This document shows, piece by piece, positions 36,480-50,600 of a DNA stretch of 64,000 bases. The translations under genes were made by a program, and so were the position numbers. The DNA lies in assembly GCA_002633005.1 (NCBI GenBank), contig NMRA01000047.1, forward strand, positions 188,913 to 252,912, written 5' to 3'. The notes beneath the pieces were generated by a model, which ran no database searches, was not told the DNA's origin, and saw nothing but the letters and a program-made list of their open reading frames with translations. This stretch comes from Phoronis australis. Taxonomy: Eukaryota; Animalia; Phoronida. Each line of letters starts with the position of its first letter. Position 1 is the first letter of the stretch.

Positions 36480-37403
36480 CATAGGCGGATTTAGGGGGGC
36501 CCGGGCCCCCTCCCTTTGCTTGCCGAAAAAAAAAAATGTTGAGTTAATTAAAATTATATGGCCAAAACAAGATTTAAATGTGTGCAGTTTTAGTGTTTGG
36601 GGGTGGCTCATTAGTGACAAATTCGGAACACGGCGCAATCGTAACGGAACTCATGGCTAAGTATAGGCTCTCCCGCGATATCCCAGGCGACCGGCAGTGG
36701 CGCTGGGTACGACTCCGTTTCCGTTGTGTGCTCCACTGTACAATGAAGAAAATTACGTCATTTTTTAAAGAAAATGGAATCTGAGTAATGAAAAAAACAG
36801 AAGCTGCTGGTAAGATGTCAATTTTATGAATTGAAGCCTTAGTGAATCACTCAGAAACTCATAATTCTCTCTGTCAAACCTTAACTTAAGACGATTTCCA
36901 AAGCAATCGCATCATTATTGCCAACACAAAAAACGGATTTGGTCTTTTGGGCAATTGAACATTATTTTAACTACAACAAATTTGTTTCGAACTGATTGCA
37001 CGAAATATAAAACATGTAATAAGCATTACAAAAAGAAGGAGGTTTCGCGCGCAAACGCTGTGGACCATAAACAAGTAGGTCTCTAATTAGGAGTTACTAA
37101 ATCGTGGTGGTGCAGTGGTAAGGCACGCGCGCTCTATCCTCCATGTCATGCATGCAGTTCTTCCCGTTTGACACTTTCTCCATGTTTTTTTTGCCTTTTT
37201 TCTTGGATTAAATAGTTCGGAAATCAAGGAAAATGCTTGATTTTTAGAGGAAAAAACAGAAAAATTTCCTGGGCAGGAGGGGGGCAAACCCCCCTCCCGA
37301 CCTCCCCCTATTCAGTGCTATGCGGATCTACAATCGTGCTTTGAGCAAATCTTTACAGACAAAACGTTGGGCTCTCCCTTGTGATATCCTAGATGTGCCA
37401 CTG
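36480..37403. mobile_element. 924-bp non-autonomous TIR element, 5-bp TSD ATAGA, possibly with a nested insert (~36611-37100)
   Basis: cataggcggatttagg ... cctagatgtgccactg, flanked by ataga/ataga, with GC-rich subterminal tracts like the other CA..TG MITEs. Confidence 0.7.
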
Positions 37404-37457
37404 ATAGAGTTCTGTAGTTACTACCTTTGACCAGAGATATAAAAACCCAAAGCTGTT

Positions 37458-38705
37458 GTTTTTAGGCGCCCACATATTTATGTGCGGACACATTTAATGC
37501 CGTCATCTCCGTCCGTCGGGGCGGCGTCCAAAACCCTTTGACATACTTTCATGAAATTTGGCACATGTGTTCCATTCATGAATGGGATGGCATGAGCGAA
37601 CTTTCGGACAGATTTGACTACCGGTGTGCCCCCTAGTGGCAATTTTAATTTTTTACGCTTACGTTTGTATCTTCAAAAGTCCTTAACGGATTTTCAGGAA
37701 ATTTAATGTGTAGGCACCTATTAGTGGGGTGACGCTTTCTTTCCATTTTTGGATGGATTCGATGTAGTTTGCGCCACCTAGTGGCCAATTTTACTGTTAT
37801 CGAGTCTTTTTTTGCGTCCACCCCTCTATCAACCAAACCGCTCAACTAGGATGATTGTGAAAATTGGCATTATGTGCTTACTATAAAGAGGACAGTTGAC
37901 GATGATTTTCCGACGATTTCGACTTCTGCGGTGCCTCCTTGTGGCAATTTTGTTTTTGTTGCGCCTATGGCCGTATCTCCTAAACCATTCGCAGGATCTT
38001 TACTTGTGTATTCATATGATGTTGACTATAGATGATGACGACTTTCCCACAGATCTGACTACTGCTGTGCCCCCTAGTGGCAATTTTAGTTTTTTACGTT
38101 TAACTCAGTGTCTTCAAAGATCCTCAACAGATTTTCATAAAATTTTAAATATAGGCATCTATTGGTGTGATGACGCTATCTTTCTGTTTTCGGATGGAAT
38201 TGGGGTATTTTGCACCACCTAGTGGCCATTTTTGCTGTTTTCAAATCTTGTTTTTGCCGTCCACCCCTGTATCAACCAAATCATTTTGAAAATTGGCATA
38301 TATGTTCTCAGTGTGAAGACGACCTTTGATGGTGACTGACTCCTGTGGCGCCTCCTAGTGGTAGTTTTATTTTGCGCCCATAGTTGTATCTCCCAAACCC
38401 ACTGCAGGATCTTTACTAAATTTACTAAGTGTACTTATATAAAGATAACAACAGACGACGACGACTTTAACGCAGATCCAACGGATACTCGACAGTGGCA
38501 ATATCATTTTATTCTGTTTTCCTTTGTTTCTCTGAAGTTCCTTGACAGATTTTTATGAAATATGGCATGTTCCTGTTTTTGGATGGATTTTATGTTTTTG
38601 CGCCATCTTAAGTGGCCATTTTTGTGATAGAAATAAATAACCCTAAAAGCACACCATTTGCAATGCAATCGTGGGTGCATTTCAACACTCCGTGTTGCTC
38701 TTGTT
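37458..38705 (+). mobile_element. Helentron/HINE-like (DINE-1-type) non-autonomous element with internal ~440-bp tandem units, copy A
   Basis: Begins tttttaggcgcccacat, has a gtccgtc tract and ends tcgtgggtgcatttcaacactccgtgttgctcttgtt (subterminal IR plus 3' hairpin). Homologous to 56625-58111. Confidence 0.7.
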
Positions 38706-41071
38706 TGTTATTTTATTATAAATTACCAGTTCACGGGTTGTCTGCCAAACATTTTCTGGTATCAATTCTGGTGATTTTACCAGCTAAACATGAATACTCT
38801 GCCATTGTTTGACTGCGACGTCAAAGAAGCAGGCTTTATTTTGTGCTCTGAGGTTGATTTTGGAAAATCATTTTCAACGTCCTACTTCTGCATGTCGAAT
38901 GAGTGGCGTCCACAAATCAGACTATGCATTTTGATGAAAAATTGCAAATTTGCATTGACACAAAAATGAAATGACAATTTCAAGGTTTTGTGTACATGGC
39001 CTTGAATGTAACCAATTTGTTTTCACGAAAACCAACCAGCAAAGATTTCTGGAAAAGCCCTGTTGGAGCACCTTACTGAAGTCAGTTTGCATCCAAAAAG
39101 ATCACCCGGGGGATTCTTTCATAAAAAAGCGGTGCAGGTTTTTGGGAAAGCTCATTGCTGCCCAGAAGCTTCCTCATTCACCAGTGGCCTTTGTGTTGTA
39201 AGAGGAATGTGTTACATTGTCAGAAGCTTGCCAATGAAAAGGTGGCAGCGCTTCTGCAAATGATCAATTTGAAATATTTCAGCTGTTCTTTTAAAAATCA
39301 AAAATTAGGGAGACATTGATTATTATTTGCTTCATACTAGACTTATAAACCGATCAAGCCGTCATGGGACTGTTTCGAACCTTGTCTCTGAATGAGATCC
39401 AATGGGTAGCCCTAATTGAGGCACCACTTACCGGTATTTAGAAAAGATATTCATTGCAAAAGTTTTTCATAGCGATACATGTAATTAAAGTCTTCAGGTT
39501 TTAAGGTATATCCTTGCTTCAATTAATTTCAAAAAGTTTATTAATTGTTTGCTTTCATATTGACACACATTGTGCTTTCAAAGTAGTCTAACCCTATATT
39601 CAATATTTTCCCTGAACACTCCTGTTTTTAATTTATGAGTGAGCACCTTGGCAGCTTGTGTAGGCTGTAAGTGGCCAGGCTTTCAGTAAAATAATCCATT
39701 TGAGTACATTGTCATTGATTGCACTATGTAGATGTCTTATGTGATTTACTGATAGTCTGTCAGTAAAATTTCATATCTTTAGTCTTGTGTGTGCTGGAGA
39801 CTTGCATTAAGTTGTATTTTGAAATTCTTTCTTTTTAACATCAACATTCATGTTGTTGTTCACTTACGTAACTGTCAACTTTCATGAATTTTTTCAAAAA
39901 TGTGATGTATATACGTAGATTTGGTGATATTCTGCACACTTGTTTATAGTTTGGTTGCTAATTTACCTCCAAACAATGGAGAATGAGGACTTGGTACATA
40001 GTCTTAAAAACGACCCTAATGCTGATATCTCCACTGGTATTATGCATAGCAGACACATGCCATCTGATTGTAAGGCAGAGCGGATAACTGGTTTGCTGTC
40101 AAAAAGAATTCACATGATATTAAATTGTCACGGTGAAATATCATATATCTTACTCGCACTACATGTTTTTCAGTGTAAGATATATAATATTTCACAACCT
40201 AACATTGCTCATATGTGATTCATGCTTTCAAGCCATTATTTCTGTGGGGTCCACCGTGAACAACCAAACTTACCTGAGAATAAGAAATTCTTCAGGCTAG
40301 GAAAATTTCTCCTGTTTTGGAGACCACCAAAATGTATTCAACCTCAAGCACTGGACATTTTTATTAATTCTGTTTTCTGAGTACTGCTTAGGAAAAGATG
40401 ACAATCAAAAATTCTCACACAAGAACTTGTGCTTCGTATCGCACTTGAAAAATACTCAATACGCTCAATGTATTTGTAGTGATGACTTAATACTCAGTTG
40501 CGTTCACAATTTCATACCTTATTATACCGTGCGAGTAAATTGTTTGTGAAACCAGCAATCATATGTCTGAATAAATGAAATTTAATTTACTAAATGCACA
40601 TCGTGCAATTTATTATTGGAAAAATTTGCAGAGGACAATGACCTTTTTCACACCTTTATTGGAAAATTTCCGAAACGTTGACTGGTCCAGGACTGTAGAG
40701 AGTGATAAGTCTTAATTTTTTTTTCTTTTGTCACACTGAAAACTTACATGAACACTCAAGAATAGTTCTTGAGTTGGAAGACTTTTGAAGAGATGGTCAC
40801 CGTTTTTGAAGTACGTTTTGAAGAGACATTCATTATTTTTCGAGTATTTATCAAGTTGTTACTGTATGGAGTAAAAGTCTCTGCGTAACTGAAGTTTGGT
40901 GGTTCACCTTGGAAGATTATTTGACGTAATTGAAAAAATTACTTTCAGTGTATGGGTCTTTCAAATTTAATTGGTAAAAGAATTTCCATGTTCTTCTTGA
41001 ATACCCTGTTCACACCAAAGCAGTGATATCTTTCAAAGCCCATTTAAAGTTTATACTAATTAAAGCTTATA

Positions 41072-41307
41072 CAGTAAAAGCTCACCAATTTAGGACACAA
41101 TAATGGCAGACAAATTTTTTATTATTTTTTCATAGATAATGTATAGCACCATTTGCTGTGTCATATCCAGGTTCTGTACTACAACTATACCAACAGATAG
41201 CATTTTGAAAAATTGTGGGCAATCAAAACAATGTCAGAACCCTTTCAAAATCAAAAAATGCAGTTTTTGTCAATTAGTTTTGTCCGAAATTTCATGAGAT
41301 TTTACTG
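41072..41307. mobile_element. Tc1/mariner (Tigger-like) MITE, diverged
   Basis: ta|cagtaaaagctcaccaatttaggaca ... tgtccgaaatttcatgagattttactg (inverted repeats, CAGT terminus). Confidence 0.55.
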
Positions 41308-42413
41308 TCAATCTGAACATTTGCTAACCAGTTTTAAAATTTGCGAGTTTTAAAATCTGTAGGGTTACAACCATCTGTGAGGTTGGTTTACGAGAGGGCA
41401 TAAGAGTTGTTACTCACTATGAACAGAGCAGCTGCAATAGTTTCAACTCCGTAGGTGGCCTGACTGCTGTCAATCTAGGAGACAGTAGCACACGCTGGGA
41501 GGCACTAAGGGGTGAATCCGAAAGTGACCCATGTAGTGAACCATGAGCTAGGGATACAAGAGTTACAACTGTAGATGTGAAGGCTAACAATTACATAACA
41601 GTTACACCTATAGAAATAATTACAACTGGGTTGGTCTGAACACAGCTTTAGTTCAATCTCCTGAGTAGTGACCTACTGGGTGGTTCACACATAAATCAGA
41701 CATTACCTCTTATTATTATTTTAACAAACATGTTTACTTGAGACCTTAATACTTTTGAGGAAAGCTTTTGTAAACTAAACAAATAGGAAATCCACACAAA
41801 TGTTTTCTGACATTCCTAAGTTTACAATATAGGTTATAAATCATATTCATTACCTGGATAAACAACTTCCCAACTTGTCCTTTATGTATATAGTAAATCT
41901 CTCTCCTTTAACTTATAATATGCATACAATAGACTATTCCATCAAATGACCTATTATCCTTTTCACAATTTCTTGCTTCATTAGTTTTTTCACAAATCAA
42001 ATCCCATATTATAAAGGTCAAAGGTCAACTCCACAGTTGGCATGCACACTGATTCTATCCAGTGCATAGCCATCATTGATAAAGAGTTGAGGCCAAGGCT
42101 AATCTTGTCAAAGACATTGTTGTGAGAGAACACTGAGGCAACCAGGTACCCTACATGTATGACCATTTAAGTTTTTGATAGGGTCTTTGTGCAGCAGGCA
42201 GCAGAAGAGTTAGTCAGACCCAGGAGCATAATTGTTTGTGGGGTCTACTTCTGAAATACCATAGCAGTGAGGAATGTGCTTGGGCAGGTCTGTTTGTACA
42301 TCAGTTCAAACTCTCACTGATTCAAATCTTTGTTATAAAAGTTCGGCATTTATATCTGTTTAGATATCTTATAGAAGCCGAGTAAGGGGCATGTGTTCTG
42401 AAGTCTCAATTGC

Positions 42414-42512
42414 ATAACCCCAACCCCAACGCTAACTCTCCCTAACTGAAACTCAAGCCCAACCCTAACCCCAACCCATAACCCCAACATTAACCCAACT
42501 CTTACCCTAACC
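42414..42512. repeat. Degenerate (TAACCC)n tract
   Basis: About 16 imperfect hexamers in an interstitial position. Confidence 0.7.
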
Positions 42513-45500
42513 AGAGACCTCAAAAGGTACAATTGTGTGGTGAAATGTCTGTTGTTTTGAGTATCGTAACTTTGTAGCGGCAGGGGCAGTAGTCAGTTGC
42601 TGGTGATTGGAAGATTTTGTTACTTTTAGTTGACAACTATTCATTTCTCTCTTACAGAAATGTTTTTAAATTACTTTGCTTGCGGTCTGTAGCACCTATT
42701 ATTTTCGCTAGCACTTATGCCTGTAGCAGAGCTGTCTGGTGTAATGATGGGATTTTTCGGTGTACTGAAAAATTGCTTTCGCTTTGGCCACTTGCATGAA
42801 TTTTATGCCCTGTGTTTTCACCTATTTAGCACACAATGTAGCTGACCAATTTTGTTTCGCTAGAGGTTATAAAGCCTTGTAAAATAAATGACAATTTTGT
42901 TAATATTTTTTGTGTGAAATAAGTGAATTCAATGTAACTCTTGTAAATATTACCCCTAGTCATCCGGATATTCACCTAACCCTCATCACAGTTCTTCAGT
43001 CTTCTACCAGCTTTGCCAGTCGAGACTATTTTTTACTTCGCCATAATTTTTCCTCAAGAATGAGCAACAAGGGTGTCTCTGTGACCAGAAAGAGGGCTGG
43101 AGGGAGGGGCTCGATTTGTGTGGAGGCCCTGAGTACTGGGTCAGTTAGAGTAATGGATACGTAATTTTAAGCACTGGTGGTGTTACAGTAAAAAAATGAT
43201 TATTTTCTGGGAAGTCCAAGCTTGTCTCAAATTTTAAAATTAGGCAATATAAGTCATTCCAAATTCAAGAATCACTGGAAGGATGGCAAAATTATCCACT
43301 CTGTGGATTCAAAAAACATTATCCGAAATTTGAAAAATATGGTGAATGCCAAAAACATCCTTGTCTGAAATTGCAGAGTCGAGTGTATTCAATTTTTTGT
43401 GGTAGTTTCCTTGTCCCAATTCTAGAGACTGTCCCAAATTGGAGAACTTTTTCTGTAATATAGTTGTTTCATAGTTGCCTCCTATACCTGATTGGAAGAA
43501 AATTGTTAATTATATGTTATTGGTGAGTAATGATAGTATATTAGATGTCTGCTTCGTCCCATAAAGATATCTTGATTATCCTGCAGTTTACCTGTGGGCC
43601 TACCAGAGCTAAAAGGTTTATAAATCCTAAGGTATTAATAGGTATAGGGTAATTGTTAAAGACCACAGTCTCTTGGGTTTCAATAAATGCAGATAATAAG
43701 AGAATCCTTTTAGTAAGTGTAAGAAATTTGTTTACTGTACAAACAATTTGTTTTACAGTGACGCCATGAGGTGATTGGCCTTTTGACGGCTTGACGTAAA
43801 AAGTGTCAATATTTACCAGTCATCAAGAGTGTCTATAATTCATCAGACAATTCCGTAGTTCAGTTAGCCTGAGACAGCACGCGCTTCAGTGTTGCTTCAT
43901 AACCTTCAGGATAGATGACAGGATAGACGATAGACAACTGAATAGAAGAATAGCAACTTCAGCCAGGTAGGTGGTTTTAGTACGAGATAAATGAAGTTGT
44001 GGCACATTTTAATTCCCACCTGGCCCTGATAGGAGTTAATGATTTGTTAAAGTGTGCTATGTGATATTACCATTTTTATTTGTTGGTGAAAAAATTCAAA
44101 TAAATATCAACTGCATAAGAAATCAGTGCCATTAGTAACAGATTGTCAGTTCTGGTCTAATGAAAGTGACATGCGTGCATGTTTTTGGAGTACTGGCTTT
44201 TGTTTAGTTCTTTCTAGTACACCTTTAGTTCGCCTTAGTCTTCATTTGGTTTTTTGTTTTCACAAACTACCGTTTATGAACGACATGTTAACTAAGTAAT
44301 ATCTCCTTGGAAACGAATGAAAAATGATAAACATCATTTGAGGATATCAACATGGAGTTCTCTCGGGAGAGAAAAAACAGCTATTCAAGAAATGGAAAAA
44401 AATTCTCCAGTTTGGGACTGTGAAGCATCAAATGTTTTGCTGGAGATTGTGCCAAATTTTAGAAATAGGCAATATTGGTCATCCCAAACTGACAGGAATT
44501 ATAATCAACAACAAAGTATCATTCACCTTGATGTGGCACATTATGGAGAGGTGATACAAATGCTGCATTGGTGGCTTAATGTTCCACCGTTTTAGCTTCT
44601 GACAAGTTTATTATCAGACTCTGCTTATTCAAGGTGCAGTATTTGACCTTTGACAAATATGGTGAGCACCAAAATTCCCCATGTCCCAATCATCAGAATC
44701 AAGAAATCTTGGCTTGAATTTTGGTGTCCCTAATTTTAGAGGCTTGAGAACTTTACCATAAACTATTTGAAAAGTTGTCCCTTATATATATTCAAATTTA
44801 TAGAATGTCCAATATTTTGGAGGGGATGTAATAATTGTCTTGCTAATACATAATTAGGGAGGCTCAGAAAGCTCTTTGTGTTAGAGAACATTATTTAGAG
44901 ATATGCTGCAGTGATATGTAACTTCATCCAATATATTTAATAAGGAAATATTTCCATGAATTGAAATTTGAGTTTGTGAAATTGGAGGCTCACAATACTG
45001 TTAACGCTCTTCAGTATAGCACCCAAGAAGGACGTGTGGAGTTTTATCGGTTTTGAAAAGTTCTTGACATAATTAAACATTGAAAAACAGTTGACCTTGC
45101 CATTACCATGATTGCACCGAATAGCTGTCCTAAAACAACTTTACTTTTGTAAAATCTCACCCTTTGAAAAATGGAAATTGCACTTTTGGCTATTTTTCAA
45201 GGAAATTGTAGAAAGTAGCCGTACCATCAATGTATTCTACTCTATGACCGCCCTCTGGTGGCTTTCCTGTACTCCAAGTCTTTTGCTCAGACAATGCAGT
45301 TAAATCAGATTTTAGCTTCAAGGCATGTATGGTACTTCTCAAGCCAGCATCAGTATTTCCAGTTTCATTCCAAATCAGTATAGCGTGACTTGGGATTTGC
45401 ACATTTAACTCAGATTTGTTGTTCAGCATTAAAGATGTGTTATTTCATTTCAAGTTTTAATTCCATTTATTGTGCAGTTTTCTGAGTGAGTCACTGAAAC

Positions 45501-46115
45501 TGTCCACGGCAAAAATCTTTTCGATTTACCTAAAGCAAACCGAATGAAATTCTGTTTCAACATAATTTCTTCTGAACAGTTGTCTTGAATTTTTTTGTTA
45601 ATTGATCTTACTAGTGAGTGCACGCAAGGGAGTGAATGAGAACCTGGATATAATGCGAAAGCAATTTCTGGGGCTGTGCTCATATTTTGAAAAAATTGTA
45701 GCACCATCAAAAAGTGATGGTATTCACAATTACTTTTTGACAAACTGAAATTTTACTTATTGTTTTCAGAGCATTACAAATCCTCGTCAATTCTAGACGA
45801 CAGTGGTTTCCAAATTCAGATCAGTTTAGTCCATTGTTAAGAGTTCTACAGGTTTTTGGGTAGTGTCACTACTCGCATTTCAATTATCTACCAGCCTTCT
45901 AGCTTTCCTCAGCCAATGTTTTATTGCACTGAAGTTATATATAATATCTAATGTGGAAATTGCTCTGCTCATAAAAGTGGCTTAAAGCAGTGTTCATGAT
46001 ATCGAAGGTTGATAATGCTTGCTGTTCTTGTATTAATCTCTTGGCAAAGTATACGGTGCGGTGAGATGGGATGAGGTTCTAATGACTTCATAGCCTTTTT
46101 GCCACATTTCATATA

Positions 46116-46190
46116 CATGGGCGGCGCACCATAGGGGGGGCTGGGGGGGCATAATAGCCCCCCAATTACTTCAGTGCTGCACCGCCCATA
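46116..46190. mobile_element. ~75-bp MITE (family of 1761-1831, opposite orientation), 5-bp TSD ATATA
   Basis: catgggcggcgca ... tgcaccgcccata, flanked by atata/atata. Confidence 0.75.
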
Positions 46191-49100
46191 ATATAGCTGC
46201 AGTTGATCCCATTTATTGACACCAGCCATCTTTTATGCAATCTATGCTTGAACCTTTGGACAGGCTTGTTAATAACTTGTTTACAACCTGGTGAATGGTT
46301 AATCATGGTTATAAGAGTGACTGGTGTGTTATCATCCCAGAAATTATTTTCCTAAACAGAAATGCTTATCTGGTGAAGTGACAACAGTTGGGCTTTCAGG
46401 CATCCTTTGGTCCTCGTGTCCACTCTGCAAGGTTTGTGCCCTAGACCAATTAAACTTGCCCTAACAGCAACTTGTTCTCAGTCGAGGAAGCATCCACGCT
46501 ACACATCTGCCACCTTTTGACAACAGAAAATGTCACCGTGCGCATGAGAAACTTGGCCCGTTTCATATCAACTTGCACTTGGACTTGCAGTGCAAAATCA
46601 CTGGCTGAACTGATCGTAACGTTCTACTCTGAAATTAGTGGTTTTCAGAACACGTTGACTAGAATCTGAAATTGAATTCCTCGTGGAAGTTAGGATTGTT
46701 TTTTCTCTCAGAATTGGAGTAAAAGTTAATATCCAAAACAAGATGTAATTTGATTCAGTTTCTTGACCTAAGTATTTCAATTGGCATGCAAGTGGTGATG
46801 CGGTACAAATGAATGCATTATAGTTTAGCAATGGATTAGTGGAAGGCTCTTAATTGTCTCAGAGTTGAAACTCAATGCGAGATATTTTTGTAATGGATAA
46901 TGGTAGCTTGTTAGCCAGTATGTGATTAAGGAATGGATGGATATTATGTGGTGAGTTGGGTTTTTGTATTAGTGAAAAGAAACTCTTATTTTCAGCAACA
47001 GCACACGGCAAGTGAGCTAAGAATATTTATCACTAATCTGGAGACATTTGAAATCGAGCTTGAATTATCAGCTGACATTTTTGTATCTCCCTGTTTGCAT
47101 TTTACCTTTTCATATGTTTACATAGGCCACCTGAAAGTTTATCATTTCATAAGCCCATGTGAATGTAAATATAGACACAAAAAAGGAAGGGTGTCATTCT
47201 CAGACTATAGAAAAGATGAAACAGCGGAGTGCAACTCTTCACACTCTAGCATTATGCAGTGTTTAATTGATTTTCAATCTTGTCTATGGATTATGGACGG
47301 TGTCTTTGACATTAAGTGGTTGTATTCAAACATCCATTGGCTCATTGAGGTGTCCTGTTTCATCTAAATCCATTTTGACAGTTTGTTCTGTATGAAATAA
47401 TGGAAGTGAACAATTTTTTCACTCTTTCAACTGCTGTCACCGTTTTCATACCCATTTAACTCAAACTTATGATACCACCTAGTACCTCTGAGTCAAATTA
47501 CGTTTAGTGAAGGTAGCATTTTTTATTAAAGGTTATTATTTGGATTACAGTGCCACATCTCATGTGCGTGACATCCTCGTAATGTCCCTTGAACCATAAA
47601 ATCTCACTATCTAGTACTATGTAACATACGGTAAGCGAACAAATGTTTTCTCCATTTCTCCTCGAAAGATAACTAACACAAAGGTGTTGGTTCTGCATTT
47701 ATCAGGTTAATTTGTGCACCGTTGGTGACCATCAAACATTATTTTGAAGAAACGTCTGAGCATTCCTGACAAAGCTTTTGAGATATGTAGAAGAATGGTT
47801 CTGGCAATTATTTTCGTCCAAAATTGGTGACGTTTTACAAAACATAATCCAAAACTTACAAAACGGACATTCTCGTGTGACATCACTTTGAGATCTGAGG
47901 TAACTATAAAATATCCAGGCAACTGTTTGATTAGCAGACAATGGTATTGCATTCACTCTCCATAAAAACTGTTTAAGCACTGTATTCAAGATTTATTTTC
48001 ATAATCTCCCTAACCTGTCATGGTTCAGTGTAACTTAAGGACTTGTAACATTCATTTGACTGTGCATGTTGTTCACTTGCCATATGTATACTGCGCTTTT
48101 TTCATATCAGACTGGCACTTTAAAATGAGTATAGAATTACTGTATGTATGTCTGGAAAATTTAAGGTTCTACGCTGGTACCGCGCTAACTAAACGTAATT
48201 CAAGACTTAACATGATAATTGACCAATAGCATTCTATGCTTTGGGGAAATTTTCGTGTGCCGAATGGTTGAGTCTGCAGCTGAAATAAGGTTTGGTGGTC
48301 TTAGGCTATGGTCATTTACGTCACATTTAGCTTCAATAAAATTAAAATGGTGTGTGTAAATTTTGTGTCAACATGACGGAAAATGTAACCCGTTTAACGG
48401 TTATAACACAAGTATGATAGACCATCAGAAGTGCAGCATGGAACAAGTCAATAAAAGAACAATCATCTGAACAAATTGAATCTTGAATATCTTGAGAACA
48501 GTAAGTCGAAACGAGAAGCGAATCACATAATGCAGACAGTAGTGCTTAGTAACAAAATCTATCTGCAAAATTAGACAGATCCATATCTATTATCTACAAA
48601 CCAAAGCTAAAATAAGAAATGGTACCATCTTGCTTCAGATTTCAACGAAAAGCGCTAGACCTCAAGCTATTAACAAGACATGTTGTATAAAAATTTCATG
48701 AAGATCCAATAAGTAATGCGATGGAGTGGCGTTCAACTAGCGAAAAAAGCAAACGAGCAAACTAAATTCTATGATTGAGTATGGACCAAACCTTTTGTAT
48801 ATCAATACCTATGGTCCAAGGGAGAACACTGTTGCTCTCCTTTGGTCCATATGACCTGATTACCTCCCTTGGGATTGGTCCATATTTCTTGGGTTGTCTA
48901 CACAAAGTGAAAATATTTTCATGAAATTTCCAACAAGAAAAATGCAATGGAATCATGAGCATTTTAGACAATGCAGTGACCTTTTGAGAAATGGAAGTTA
49001 GTTTTGCTCGGTTATCAGAAAACTTTAACGTAGCTGTTGGTTAGCCAACAAAAGTTCAACAATTCTTGTACAAATATTTGTTAACAAACTGACCCTGTGC

Positions 49101-50452
49101 TCTCGTTGTGTGCTGAATGTGATTATACACGTACATGTTATGTCACCATTGCTTGAACTGCTCATTACTTTTACATCAGTGTGTTTTATCATGCAATTGG
49201 TACATTCATTATTGAGTGAATGTTGCCACAATAGGTATGATAGTATTGTTAAATATTTAAGCCTTGATCTTGCTTCTAGGCAATAGCAGGCAATGGTTTG
49301 CTCCTTCCAATGTCGATAATTTCTGTTCACAATGTGCGGTTCCATTCCGCTCATGAGACCAAGTAAACAATTCCAAATTTGGTTCACTTTAGAATGTTAT
49401 TTCACATGTGGCTCAACGGATTCAAATGAAACTTTCTTTCTTCAGAAGTTATATAAAATGAAAATAACAGGGTATTTTATACAGATCAAACATGTAAAAG
49501 CAATGTTGGTGTTGGCATTGTTTCGCAACAAATGTACCTTTCTGTTTTGGCAATTTTCAGTGATAGGTCATGGTCATGTGACCCAATTAATGACAGATTC
49601 ATTGGTATAAAGTAAAAATATATAATTTGACAGGCTTTCGATTTTCAGAAAAAGACCAGGGCACAAGTGGATGATTGATGTTTTCTTTTTCTTTTCTTTT
49701 CATCAACACTAATAACTAGTAGACCTAGTAAGGAACATTTTGGTTTTTTAAGTTTCGTACCATGGCTATTAACAGACATTGATTTGAAACTTGTCAGCAG
49801 TCACACTGAAGCTTGTAACAATGAAAACATAATTTTGACAGTTCTTTTGTTCAAAATAGATGAGTCTTTTGCATGAGTGCAGGCTTTTGTGTGAGAAGTT
49901 AATTGGGTGCAAATTATGAAAATTAAATCCTGGAAAACTCGTGAAAATAAAAATTGCGGCAATAATGTATGAATTTGGATTCTGTTCTCATTCAAAGCCA
50001 AAAGCATCTGTTTTCAATGCAAACCTATAGCTGTGAGTGTTTCACACAGGCTTGGTAAATGGTGAAACCAAATTCTTGTATTGTACATGTGTGCATGCAG
50101 GTGCAAAGCCTATTACACAACAAGGAAATAAACTTCTATCAAAAACCTACCTCTGAGTTCTTCACTTATATAGCACATGCCAGTGTGTACAAGTGGAATG
50201 TAATTTTGTCTCACTAAGAAAGTATTCATTCTTGGAATTGTTCATGTAGAACAGAATACGCCTTAAGATTATGTAGGACCCTAGAACAATATCCAATTTT
50301 AGCAAAGTTTTGAAATCACATCTCACAAATGGCTGTTCATATTCACATGAAACTCTCAGATACTATGTTTTATGCACTTTTTCTAAAATGCTGTTAAGGA
50401 TTGTTTTGAAAATCTTCCACTTTTGCATAAGAGGCTGTCAAAAAAGGACTTA

Positions 50453-50600
50453 TTATAAACTCGCGGGTTAATGCCAATGCCCATCCCCGACTTTTTGTCA
50501 ATTTTCGGTTTAAGCATGCCTTGCTTGGGTAATCACCCACCCCCTGTCTCAGGGTTTCCCAATTTAAGTGCCCATGGCGTTAACCTGCGAGTTTACGGTA
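50453..50600. mobile_element. ~150-bp Tc1/mariner-type MITE
   Basis: taaactcgcgggttaatgcca ... tggcgttaacctgcgagtttacggta (inverted repeats, CCGTA terminus followed by TA). Confidence 0.6.

Noticed and set aside
37104-37140. tRNA/SINE head (gtggtggtgcagtggtaaggcacgcgc); a similar motif occurs at ~16958
   Set aside because: Only an A-box/D-arm-like stretch, with no B-box or cloverleaf.
42414-42512. Telomere
   Set aside because: Short, highly degenerate and intronic; such tracts are common inside invertebrate repeats.
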